A stretch of DNA of 64,000 nt from a virus. Numbering within the stretch: the stretch's first letter is position 1; each line of letters starts with the position of its first letter. Shown here piece after piece: positions 1 through 8,699 of the stretch. Under the pieces are notes generated by a model. That model was given only the letters and a program-made list of their open reading frames with translations. It was not told where the DNA came from and ran no database searches. Where the stretch lies: positions 96,001 to 160,000 of IMG/VR virus record IMGVR_UViG_3300009514_000888, one strand, 5' to 3'. The translations under genes and the position numbers were made by a program.

Positions 1-1
1 A

Positions 2-601
2 ATGATATTCATGCACATTCCCAGGACAGCTGGGACATCGATTTACATAGCCTTGATGCGAGAGGTTTGGCTTCCTGACAAATCGATCAATCTGGATACG
101 AGATGGGACAAGTACGCAACATACCATGAGTGTCGCGGACATTTTACGGCCGAGACAGCTTTGCTCCATTTGGGGCAGGATCGTTTTGATCGAGAGTTCA
201 AATTTTCATTTGTCAGGAACCCGTGGGACAGGGTGGTGTCGTCTTTCGAGTACAATTGCGCATCTAATTGGTGTGAGAATTTGATATTTGACCAGTATGT
301 TTTTCAGATATTGAGTCCCATAGAGAATGATAGGCACATTGTGCATTCCCTTAACTGCGTGGACATCTTATCCATAGATGGAGAGATGGCAGTTGATTAC
401 ATAGGCAGATTCGAGAACTTGCAACATGACTTTAATGAGCTGTGCCAGATGCAATTGGGGCGAACGGTTCTCCTGCCTCATCTGTCCCCGACTGCCCGTG
501 ATCATTACTCGACTTATTATACGAAAGACACCAGGGAGAGGGTGGGAGAGATTTTTCAGAAGGATATTGAGCGATTTGGGTATAAATTTGAAACAGCATG
601 A
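2..601 (+). CDS. Sulfotransferase family 2 protein
   Basis: HIPRTAGTSI (PAPS 5'-PSB-like), FSFVRNPWDRVVS and DYIGRFENL motifs; may be 5'-truncated at the window edge. Confidence 0.85.
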   Translation: MIFMHIPRTAGTSIYIALMREVWLPDKSINLDTRWDKYATYHECRGHFTAETALLHLGQDRFDREFKFSFVRNPWDRVVSSFEYNCASNWCENLIFDQYVFQILSPIENDRHIVHSLNCVDILSIDGEMAVDYIGRFENLQHDFNELCQMQLGRTVLLPHLSPTARDHYSTYYTKDTRERVGEIFQKDIERFGYKFETA

Positions 602-798
602 ATTGGTATAAAAGAGCAGAGTCCGTCCAGAAGGAAATGTCCGATCTATCTTTGGTCAATCTCGATCTCATTGCCGGTCATGTCGCAGATGTCAAGGGCT
701 GGGTTGAGCAGGGCAAGAAGTTGAAGCCCTGGATGATTGATAAGATTGCAACAGCTAGAAACGACTTGAATGATGTGAATATGTGCCTTTCCAAATAG
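598..798 (+). CDS. Small phage hypothetical protein with N-terminal MNWYKRA motif
   Basis: ATGA overlap with the upstream stop; helical W-x3-KI-x2-A-x2-DL-x2-V pattern of the kind seen in large-phage proteins. Confidence 0.65.
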   Translation: MNWYKRAESVQKEMSDLSLVNLDLIAGHVADVKGWVEQGKKLKPWMIDKIATARNDLNDVNMCLSK

Positions 799-864
799 AG
801 GATTCTCTCTATTTTTATTGAATAAATTTATAGGAGACACTTTCTTTGTAGGAGGGGAAAGGAT

Positions 865-2541
865 ATGGCTAAGCCAGAACAGTGGATCGCTGCCAACGTG
901 ACGGATCGTTACATATCGGTAGGCGACATGCCCAGGTTACCAACATTCGAACCTAGATCATCTGTCAATTTATTGGTTTATTATGACAAGAGAAATGTTG
1001 ATCAATCATCTGATCTGAAGGAGTTGGTTCGCGTTGGCTGGATCAAGATGGACAAGAAGTCTACTTTCAGCACCGTTAGGATTGTTGAGAAGCAGACGAA
1101 GGTCATTGAAAAACAAACAATTGTAAAGAACGAAGTTCGCAAGTCTGACAAATCATATCAGCCCTTGTCCCTAGAGCATTGGGACATGAATCCGCCTAAG
1201 AATATTACAGATGCCCTTGATCGTCTTGCCGAGAAAGTGCATAACTATTGTTTTAGGGTATCTGAGATGGCAGATCATCGCCTTCGTTGCCGCTTGCCTC
1301 ATATAGAGTATGGCGACTCTGTCAATGTTGCTGCGATGTCGCAGTATGTCGGTTATCAGGTAGCCGCTCATAACCTCCCCGATGTTTGGCTTGAGACGCA
1401 AGGAGAGGGCATCGTGATTGCGGTTCTTGATACGGGCTGTGATGTAGGGCATGTAGACTTGAAGAATTCGTTTGCAGAGGTAACTGGATATAGCGCTGAT
1501 GTGACGGATGGCAATGGCCACGGCACTCACTGTGTCGGCATCATCAGCGCAAACAATAATACGGCAGGTATCGTTGGCGTCGCTCCAATGGCAATGATCC
1601 TGCCGATAAAGGTGTTGAATGATGATGGCTGGGGATATGAGGACGATATCGCTCACGGCATTCATATAGCTATTGATATGGGTGCCGACATCATCAGCAT
1701 GTCACTGGGAGCGGACATGGACCTTCCCTTGGTTCACGAAGCAATCAAGAGGGCATATGACGCGAACATTCCGGTCGTTTGCGCGGCTGGCAACTCAGGC
1801 GATACTGGAACCGACATTAACTTTCCGGCGCGCTACCATGAATCTATTTCTGTTGGCGCTCTTGACAAAGATCGTTTGAGAGCAGAGTTCAGTCAAACCG
1901 GATCGAGCCTGGATTTTATGGCTCCTGGCGTTTCGATCCTGTCTACGGTCCCAGATAACCGCTACCAATATATGAGCGGGACTTCGATGGCGACTCCTTG
2001 GGTTGCTGGTGTTATTGCCTTGATGATGTCCAAGCATCGTCGCTTAGGCGGCCAGACGCCACTGGATTCGATAGATGCAATCAAGGAGCATCTGTCGCGT
2101 ACGGCCATCGACATGGGAGACGTGGGCAAGGATAATTTGACTGGGTATGGCTTAATCGATGTTCCAGAGGTTGTGAAGTCAATTGAAGCAATCGAGAAGC
2201 ATCCTGATGTGATCATTGCTGCCATTCAGGGGGATGCTCCTGGGCATGAGTTTGAGAACGTATATCATGAATGGATTCAGTTTCTCAATGTCAGCGGCAC
2301 AGCCCTTAACATGACAGGGTGGTACGTGGAGGATGCCGCAGGTTGGCATTATGACTTCCCAGAGAACTACATATTCCTCAAGGGTTCCCTGATGAGGCTC
2401 AGAACAGGAAAGGGAGAGGATACTGTATCTGATCTTCACTGGGGTTATGGTCGCCCAATTCTGAATAACGAGGGAGATACAGTTTACCTGTATAACAAGG
2501 ACGCAAGGCTCGTTACGCAATATACATACGTCGTCGAGTAA
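865..2541 (+). CDS. Subtilisin-like S8 serine protease with N-terminal extension and C-terminal lamin-tail (LTD)-like domain
   Basis: Triad motifs VLDTG, HGTHCVG and GTSMATP; oxyanion AAGNSG; C-terminal EWIQFLN..LNMTGWYVED..ILNNEGDTVYL; strong RBS. Confidence 0.92.
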   Translation: MAKPEQWIAANVTDRYISVGDMPRLPTFEPRSSVNLLVYYDKRNVDQSSDLKELVRVGWIKMDKKSTFSTVRIVEKQTKVIEKQTIVKNEVRKSDKSYQPLSLEHWDMNPPKNITDALDRLAEKVHNYCFRVSEMADHRLRCRLPHIEYGDSVNVAAMSQYVGYQVAAHNLPDVWLETQGEGIVIAVLDTGCDVGHVDLKNSFAEVTGYSADVTDGNGHGTHCVGIISANNNTAGIVGVAPMAMILPIKVLNDDGWGYEDDIAHGIHIAIDMGADIISMSLGADMDLPLVHEAIKRAYDANIPVVCAAGNSGDTGTDINFPARYHESISVGALDKDRLRAEFSQTGSSLDFMAPGVSILSTVPDNRYQYMSGTSMATPWVAGVIALMMSKHRRLGGQTPLDSIDAIKEHLSRTAIDMGDVGKDNLTGYGLIDVPEVVKSIEAIEKHPDVIIAAIQGDAPGHEFENVYHEWIQFLNVSGTALNMTGWYVEDAAGWHYDFPENYIFLKGSLMRLRTGKGEDTVSDLHWGYGRPILNNEGDTVYLYNKDARLVTQYTYVVE

Positions 2542-2564
2542 TCACACGAGGGCGTTCGCTACCG

Positions 2565-2586
2565 ACCCCCCGCAAGGGGGGTTTTT
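2565..2586 (+). terminator. Rho-independent terminator
   Basis: ACCCCCC-GCAA-GGGGGGT hairpin followed by a T run, downstream of the S8 gene. Confidence 0.85.
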
Positions 2587-2676
2587 CTATCAATTTGGGG
2601 GCAGGAGTCCTGACCTGATTTGGGCGGATATATAGGGCAATGGGGTATTAAATCGATTACATTAGGGAGCAGGAAA

Positions 2677-3408
2677 ATGATTATAGTTAGTTTTACGTCT
2701 ACATCTTACCGCTTGCCCCAAATGGAGCCTGCTCTAAAGTCTATTTGTGAGGGCAGCCTACACCCGAACCATATCTTTTTGCATCTGTCTACCGCTGCTT
2801 TTGGGCATGACGAGGGCGTATCGGAAGTTCCCGAGTTTGTCCTCAAGTATCCTGTCAAAATTTGTTGGGGAGAGAACCATGGCCCGTATCGCAAGCTACT
2901 GCCTACGTTGCGCAAGTTCTGGAACAAGCCAGACTACATGGTGGTTACGTGTGATGACGACTGGATATATCCTTCGTTCTGGCTTGAGAGGATGGTTGAA
3001 GCCGCAGAGTTACATACTGATAAATGCATCTGTTATGCGGCTAGGAGGATTGCGGTCGGCGGTGACGGCAAAATCAGACCTTACGTTGAGTGGGAAAACT
3101 TGCGATCATCGTATGGGCTGACTCAGGCGGACAGGGTTTTGGCTTTGGGCGGGCATGGCGTGTTGTATCGTCCCAGGTTTTTTAATTCTGAAATCTTTGA
3201 TGTTCAGAAAGCTTTTGAGGTTGCTCAGTTTTGCGATGATTTCTGGTTTTCTGGACAGTTATGCAAAAGGGGAGTTTCGGTACGTGTGCTAGAGAGCTGC
3301 TGGGAGGATTTCGATCATTTGGAGCTGGACTTTCCGCTTTGGGATGATAATAAGGATCGTAATAATCAGTACGCGATCAATGCTAAGCGGCTATTCGGGT
3401 TCTGGTGA
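2677..3408 (+). CDS. Glycosyltransferase-like protein (GT-A fold)
   Basis: SFTSTSYRL, GPYRKLLP, VTCDDDWIYP (DxD), GHGVLY and CDDFW motifs; start placed at the ATG after AGGA. Confidence 0.7.
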   Translation: MIIVSFTSTSYRLPQMEPALKSICEGSLHPNHIFLHLSTAAFGHDEGVSEVPEFVLKYPVKICWGENHGPYRKLLPTLRKFWNKPDYMVVTCDDDWIYPSFWLERMVEAAELHTDKCICYAARRIAVGGDGKIRPYVEWENLRSSYGLTQADRVLALGGHGVLYRPRFFNSEIFDVQKAFEVAQFCDDFWFSGQLCKRGVSVRVLESCWEDFDHLELDFPLWDDNKDRNNQYAINAKRLFGFW

Positions 3409-3684
3409 TTGGTTCACGATCTTGGATTCTAGGACTTCCGCTATTTCTTTGATTGATGACTGTTCTAGTTGATCCAGCTCTTCTTCTAGGCTGATTTTGC
3501 GGTCCAGGATATCTAGAATGGTAAAGTGGCATCTACCGTATTCCTGGGAGCCGACTTCATGTTGCCCCTGCTCCCACTTGAGGCGGTGAAATTCTTGTTG
3601 CGTTTCGCTTAACGCTTGAAGCACTTTTTGAATAGGGCTAGATTCCTTATCCACTCTTGCCTCCGTACAAATTGTCTTCAGCAA
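3391..3684 (-). CDS. Hypothetical helical/coiled-coil protein
   Basis: Fills the gap between two + strand genes; start uncertain. Confidence 0.4.
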   Translation of the reverse strand: MLKTICTEARVDKESSPIQKVLQALSETQQEFHRLKWEQGQHEVGSQEYGRCHFTILDILDRKISLEEELDQLEQSSIKEIAEVLESKIVNQSPEPE

Positions 3685-3753
3685 AAAGGATTATCTATCC
3701 TTCATATTTCGTTGTGCCGATACAACTGTGTACTAAAGAAGGAGACATTAAGG

Positions 3754-4686
3754 ATGAGAATAGAGCAGGAAGTCAAACTTGATTTCAAAGACGTTCTGAT
3801 CCGCCCCAAAAGATCGACGATGGATACACGCAAGCAGGTCAGTTTGGATCGGGAATTTCAGACATTGCATTCCGGTCTTGTGGTCAAGGGTGTCCCTGTC
3901 ATTGCATCCAATATTGACACCATCGGCACATTTGCGATGGCTAAGTCATTGGCTGAATTTGGGATGTTTACTGCACTGCATAAGCATTATGCTGTTGACG
4001 ATGTGGCCAGGTTTATGGTCAATAATATTGATCTTTGGGATCGTGTTTTCTACACCTTGGGTATGACACAGAAAGATTCCGAGAAGCTAGAGGCGGTCCA
4101 GAATCGCATGGTGGATATCGCCTTGCATGAGGACGTGAAGATATTTCAGGAGGACGACTTCCTCGACAATATGCGCAAGATGAGCAGTGGATTCCCCAGG
4201 CTCTTGTGTCTTGATGTCGCCAATGGGTATATCAAACAATTCCATGAGTTTGTTAAAACGATTCGCGATGCCGCTCCGCATGCAATTATCATGGCCGGGA
4301 ATGTTGCGACACCAGAGATGGTGCAGCAGCTTTTGGAATGCGGAGCAGATATCGTCAAGATAGGCACGGGTAATGGCTGTTTTGTTCCCGGAACTAAAGT
4401 CAAACTAAAAGACGGGTGCAAAAATATAGAAGATATCGAAGTTGGAGATGAAGTGCTTACTCATCGAGGGGAATATAAGAAAGTCATAGCAACAACCAGT
4501 AGAGAAGAAAATAAAGAAGTGTACAGTATTAATGATATTCAATGTACTGGTAATCATGAGTTCTATGTGCTTCATAAAAAGTATAGGAATATAGTGAATG
4601 ATGAAAACATGGATGAGTTTGCTGAATGGATTTCAGCGGAGAATCTTACCAAAGATTATGTTCTTCTAAAAATTAAGAAGGATTGA
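3754..4686 (+). CDS. guaC: GMP reductase N-terminal part fused to split-intein N-fragment
   Basis: MRIEQEVKLDFKDVLIRPKRST, LDVANGY, AGNVAT and GADIVKIG match type 1 GuaC; the chain then continues as CFVPGT..IEVGDEVLTHRG..CTGNHEF (Hint blocks A/B) and stops. Confidence 0.93.
   Translation: MRIEQEVKLDFKDVLIRPKRSTMDTRKQVSLDREFQTLHSGLVVKGVPVIASNIDTIGTFAMAKSLAEFGMFTALHKHYAVDDVARFMVNNIDLWDRVFYTLGMTQKDSEKLEAVQNRMVDIALHEDVKIFQEDDFLDNMRKMSSGFPRLLCLDVANGYIKQFHEFVKTIRDAAPHAIIMAGNVATPEMVQQLLECGADIVKIGTGNGCFVPGTKVKLKDGCKNIEDIEVGDEVLTHRGEYKKVIATTSREENKEVYSINDIQCTGNHEFYVLHKKYRNIVNDENMDEFAEWISAENLTKDYVLLKIKKD
4378..4683 (+). other. Split intein N-fragment (102 aa, IMPDH-1-like)
   Basis: Cys1 directly after GTGNG, block B TGNH, ends at a stop codon with no HN terminus. 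Confidence 0.92.
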
Positions 4687-4697
4687 GTTAGGAATAT

Positions 4698-4737
4698 CCT
4701 AATTACTAAGTGTGGACTTGGCACTGGTAATTAGGAG
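4698..4737 (+). promoter_or_regulatory. RNA hairpin sequestering the endonuclease RBS
   Basis: CCTAATTAC (4698-4706) pairs with GTAATTAGG (4727-4735), covering AGG of the AGGAG located 8 nt before the GTG at 4746. Confidence 0.75.
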
Positions 4738-4745
4738 ACATAGAA

Positions 4746-5657
4746 GTGATTAATAAGATACATGTGGTTAATTTTGGAAATCAAGAAATATTAGGATGTC
4801 GAAAAGAAGGCAGAATGAAGTTTTGGTTATTGGAAAACGGAATTGAGATTAATAGTAATGATTTGTATAAGAAGCCAGTTAATATTGAATGTCATCAATG
4901 TCACAAAAGTAAGCGTGTTAAGTTTTATGGGGGAAATAATGGTCTTATTAAAAGGCAATACATATGCCAATCATGTAGCAAGCAGGGAGATAGGAATGCC
5001 TTTTTTGGGAAGAAGCATTCTGATGAAACAAAGAAGAGTATATCAGAGTCTAATACAGGGAATCTAGTGGGTGATAAAAATCCTATGTGGGGAAAAAGCG
5101 TTTGGGACACGTACTCTCCAAAGCAATTTGAATCTATTCGAAAGAAGATAAGTAAAAAATCGCAGGGTAGTGGTAATGCGTTTTGGGGAAGAACCCATAC
5201 AGATGAATTTAAGAAAAAGAAAGCAAAGCAAGCAAGACAATGGATAATAGATCATCCAGAGCATTTGAGGAAAATGGTGGCCCATTCTTTGGAGGCTCAA
5301 AAAAGGTTTAGGAAAACGGGGATAGAGGCAGTGACAGAGGTAGAATTGCAAAGAAGAAAGATACCTCATAAATACAATAAGATATTGCACAGGAAATATC
5401 AGTATGATTTTTTGATAGGAGATAAATTTTTGTTAGAAGTTCATGGTGATTATTGGCATGCTAACCCAGAGATATATGGACCAGGTAAGCGATCTCTAAA
5501 TGATAGACAGATATTCAAAGTTGAGCAAGATAAGTCGAAAAAAGTGTTTGCTGAAAAATATGGTTACAAGATTTTTTACATATGGGAAACGGAAATAAAT
5601 AATTTGGATTTTACTGTTATTTCTCAAATAGAAAGGATATTAAATGGCGTTATCTAA
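4746..5657 (+). CDS. Free-standing homing endonuclease (Zn-finger, NUMOD3 repeats, Vsr-like/EDxHD-type nuclease)
   Basis: CHQC/CQSC; [14 protein letters not shown] and [14 protein letters not shown]; [23 protein letters not shown]; AT-rich; lies between the two intein halves. Confidence 0.88.
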   Translation: MINKIHVVNFGNQEILGCRKEGRMKFWLLENGIEINSNDLYKKPVNIECHQCHKSKRVKFYGGNNGLIKRQYICQSCSKQGDRNAFFGKKHSDETKKSISESNTGNLVGDKNPMWGKSVWDTYSPKQFESIRKKISKKSQGSGNAFWGRTHTDEFKKKKAKQARQWIIDHPEHLRKMVAHSLEAQKRFRKTGIEAVTEVELQRRKIPHKYNKILHRKYQYDFLIGDKFLLEVHGDYWHANPEIYGPGKRSLNDRQIFKVEQDKSKKVFAEKYGYKIFYIWETEINNLDFTVISQIERILNGVI

Positions 5658-5772
5658 ATACGAATTTGTTGAAATAGAATATATTCAGGTTTCTCCATAT
5701 TCAGGGAAAGTTTATGATTTTGAAGTGGAAGAAGATCATTCGTACAATGTGGGTGGTATAGCTGTGCATAAT
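5644..5772 (+). other. Split intein C-fragment (43 aa)
   Basis: Blocks F/G ending His-Asn, with +1 Ser. Confidence 0.93.
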
Positions 5773-6372
5773 TCAGTTTGCACGACTCGCGTCAAGACTG
5801 CTGTCGGATACCCGTCCTTGTCTTCGATAGCCGAGTGCGCTGATGCGGCTCATGGTTATCGTCGAGGGCTTGTATGCGCCGATGGCGGATGCGTTGATTC
5901 CGGGGATGTTTGCCGAGCATTCGGCGCTGGTGCTGATTTTGTGATGCTGGGAGGCATGTTCGCTGGAACAGATGAGTGCGACGGGGAATGGGAATACAAC
6001 TATGAAGAAAGCATGGCTTCTACAACGTTCAATGAATCAATGCACATGGCGCATGGCTTCGGTTGGGTGGGATCAGCTGTTTCTGCCACTGGAGATGCGA
6101 GACATAAGAAGTTCCTGAAGTTCTATGGCATGTCTTCCAAGGAGGCTATGCAGAAGCACGATGGAGGCGTAGCATCTCACAGAACCGAGGAGGGGAAATG
6201 CGTTAAAATTCCATATAAGGGCCCGTCTGGTGAGGTTGCCCAGGATATTATGGGAGGATTGCGATCATGTTGCACATACGTTGGGGCAACGTGTCTCAAA
6301 GAACTGCCCAAGTGTTGCACGTTTGTTCGCGTGGCCAATGGCAGAACGCATAATACAGTTTTTGGAGGATGA
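5644..6372 (+). CDS. guaC: Split-intein C-fragment fused to GMP reductase C-terminal part
   Basis: [21 protein letters not shown] followed by SVCTTR (catalytic Cys loop), [22 protein letters not shown] and [12 protein letters not shown]. Confidence 0.93.
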   Translation: MALSKYEFVEIEYIQVSPYSGKVYDFEVEEDHSYNVGGIAVHNSVCTTRVKTAVGYPSLSSIAECADAAHGYRRGLVCADGGCVDSGDVCRAFGAGADFVMLGGMFAGTDECDGEWEYNYEESMASTTFNESMHMAHGFGWVGSAVSATGDARHKKFLKFYGMSSKEAMQKHDGGVASHRTEEGKCVKIPYKGPSGEVAQDIMGGLRSCCTYVGATCLKELPKCCTFVRVANGRTHNTVFGG

Positions 6373-6813
6373 ATGGCGGATGCTCAAAAAGTTCGATTAG
6401 CAACTGCTTCGGATTTGACGCAGGTTGTGGAGTTATTGGGACAATTGAGTCCCCTGAATGGTGCCTGGCCCAGGCATCGCTTGGAGCTGTTGTTGGATGA
6501 AATTTTGCATGATGACAAGCATCATCTTTTTGTTTATGATGTCGGCGGCAAGATCGTGGGAGAGGGCATGGTTATGATACGCTTAAACTTGTCGCATGGC
6601 GGCAGGGCGGTAGCATATGCCGAGAATATTGTGGTTGACCAGTCTTATCGTGGGCAGGGCATCGGCGCGCAATTAATGGCCAAGATTGCGGAAACTGCCA
6701 AGAAGCATCATTGCTATAAGTTGCTTTTGGATTGTTCAGAACAGAATGTGCCATTCTACCAGAAGTTGGGATTTGAAATCACATTCGAGAAAAATATGCG
6801 CATGGACTTTTAG
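6373..6813 (+). CDS. GNAT acetyltransferase, glucosamine-6-phosphate N-acetyltransferase (GNA1)-like
   Basis: AENIVVDQSYRGQGIG, CYKLLLDCS and NVPFYQKLGF motifs. Confidence 0.8.
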   Translation: MADAQKVRLATASDLTQVVELLGQLSPLNGAWPRHRLELLLDEILHDDKHHLFVYDVGGKIVGEGMVMIRLNLSHGGRAVAYAENIVVDQSYRGQGIGAQLMAKIAETAKKHHCYKLLLDCSEQNVPFYQKLGFEITFEKNMRMDF

Positions 6814-6848
6814 CGAGGATTCTGGAGCCAAAATGAGTATTCTCCATT

Positions 6849-7526
6849 ATGGGGGATATTCGAAAAGTCCAGCGGAGAATTGCGAGGTTTATATGCGGGA
6901 AGGTTGATGCGGCAACGGCAGTGATGCAAAAGGACATTGCCGCTGGCCGACCTCCTCGTAAGTTTATGTCGGCTATCAAACGAGTTTGGAAGACTCGCAA
7001 AGATGGTCATTACAGTATTCCTGTGAGCAAGGTGCCCTATCCATATTCCCAATTGAAGGTTGCTTTCATCAAGTCTGCCACATCGAGTTTGGACGGCTGG
7101 ATGATGAAGATTAGCTCTTCGAGAATGCGTAAAGCTAATACGAAAGAGGAGGCAGAAAGAGCCAGGGTTATCATCAATGGGGTAGTTTACCATGAAGTAG
7201 AGCATATCTTTTTTAGCGGAACGCATGTGGATCGCAAGAAAAAGGATAAGATGAATGCTTATATTGAGTATCTGATTCATCCTGGAGAGATTAGAGCGTA
7301 TGCCAAGATGTACGCCTACATCTTCAGCCAAGCATTTCCGGGAGAGCCATTCGACTATCGCAAGATGTCTAGACTGTCTAGAGATTGGCAGGTTTACAGC
7401 GCCGTTTACTATTTCGAAGTGTTTAACGATGCTCATTTTGTGAAAAAATATCCGAGGGTTCGCGGGATTCAAAAGAAGGCGCGGAAATTAACGAAGAAAC
7501 TTCTAGAGAAGGAGTTTCGCTCTTGA
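6849..7526 (+). CDS. Basic hypothetical protein with HExxH...E motif
   Basis: VYHEVEH followed by HPGEIRAYA. Confidence 0.6.
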   Translation: MGDIRKVQRRIARFICGKVDAATAVMQKDIAAGRPPRKFMSAIKRVWKTRKDGHYSIPVSKVPYPYSQLKVAFIKSATSSLDGWMMKISSSRMRKANTKEEAERARVIINGVVYHEVEHIFFSGTHVDRKKKDKMNAYIEYLIHPGEIRAYAKMYAYIFSQAFPGEPFDYRKMSRLSRDWQVYSAVYYFEVFNDAHFVKKYPRVRGIQKKARKLTKKLLEKEFRS

Positions 7527-8431
7527 AGAACTTGCATCTAGACTTAGTCAGGGTTACAGAGGGCGCGGCTATCGCGGCCTCCAAATGGGTTGGGTCTGGG
7601 GAGAAGGAATTGGCAGATAAGTTTGCGACAGAGGCTATGCGCAAGCGATTGAACAGAATGGACTTTTCTGCGATAGTATCTATAGGAGAAGGGGTAAAGG
7701 ACAATTCTTTTGGTATATTTAGAGGAGAGAAACTAGGAATTCTAAGAGATAAAGAAGAGGATTTTTGTTTAGCAATAGACCCTATCGAAGGGACTACGCC
7801 AACCAGCAAGGGTGGATATGAGGCTATGAGCGTTATTGCGCTCGGTAAGAAAAATGCCTTCTACCAGACAGATCAGTTTTACATGCACAAGCTCGCTGCC
7901 GGAGAAGAATTAGCCCAGGCTGCTAGACTGTCATTATCCGATCCTGTCCATACAACGATAGAAAAGGCGAAGATTGCTTTGCAAAAGCAGGTTACGGTTT
8001 GCGTTTTAGATCGGGACAGACATGATGAACTGGTTGCTACTTTGAGAGAGATGGGCTGTCGCGTATTCTTGATCTCTGATTGCGATGTTAGCGGGTGCAT
8101 TTCGACCTGCATGCCAGAGAGCGGCATTGATCTTTACATGGGGATTGGCGGCGCTCCTGAGGCTGTTATTACCGCAGCGGCGCTCAAGTGCATGGGAGGG
8201 TTCTTCCAGGCACAGGCTTGCGATAGAAGCGGGCAGGCAGGGGCTATCGCAGATATTCTGGGTATTGAACGATTGGTCAGTGGTCCTACTATATTTGCAG
8301 CCACCGGCATTACGGATGGCAAACTGCTGAAGGGTGTCAGATATACTTCCAAGGGTCCGGTGACGCATTCTCTGACTATGCGATCTGAAAGCGGGACAAT
8401 ACGCAAGATTGAGACAATTCATGGCAACTAA
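7523..8431 (+). CDS. glpX: Fructose-1,6-bisphosphatase class II
   Basis: VRVTEGAAIAA, IGEG, IDPIEGT, LDRDRH, GIGGAPEAVITAAALKCMGG and FAATGITDG motifs; TTG start overlapping the upstream stop. Confidence 0.95.
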   Translation: MKNLHLDLVRVTEGAAIAASKWVGSGEKELADKFATEAMRKRLNRMDFSAIVSIGEGVKDNSFGIFRGEKLGILRDKEEDFCLAIDPIEGTTPTSKGGYEAMSVIALGKKNAFYQTDQFYMHKLAAGEELAQAARLSLSDPVHTTIEKAKIALQKQVTVCVLDRDRHDELVATLREMGCRVFLISDCDVSGCISTCMPESGIDLYMGIGGAPEAVITAAALKCMGGFFQAQACDRSGQAGAIADILGIERLVSGPTIFAATGITDGKLLKGVRYTSKGPVTHSLTMRSESGTIRKIETIHGN

Positions 8432-8699
8432 TAGATACCTGTCTGATGAGATGAGGGTTCTGCTTCACTATTATTCTGGACAATATGCAAGTCAGGCTAT
8501 GGCATGGGAAGAGGAGTCCCTAGAACCTCCCACGAAACATAATCTTGTGCAATTCCTGAAAGAGAGAGGAGCTTATGCTGGAGAGATATGGAGATGGGGA
8601 TATCCGGTCAGCCAAGTTGTCATGGCAGCGCAGGTGGGCGATGAAGATCATGGAGAGTATGGGCTTGGAGGGGATTGGTGGAAACAGGGAGTTGAGTGA
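8421..8699 (+). CDS. Hypothetical protein
   Basis: Overlaps the glpX stop and ends in a GTGA overlap with the next gene. Confidence 0.5.
   Translation: MATNRYLSDEMRVLLHYYSGQYASQAMAWEEESLEPPTKHNLVQFLKERGAYAGEIWRWGYPVSQVVMAAQVGDEDHGEYGLGGDWWKQGVE

Noticed and set aside
799-864. Sigma70 or T4-late-type promoters in AT-rich gaps (also near 13.0, 13.3 and 49.97 kb)
   Set aside because: No convincing consensus with correct spacing could be fixed by eye.
3754-6372. IMP dehydrogenase (guaB), or a pseudogene broken by an insertion
   Set aside because: N- and C-terminal motifs match GuaC and there are no CBS domains; both halves keep intact intein motifs and their own starts.
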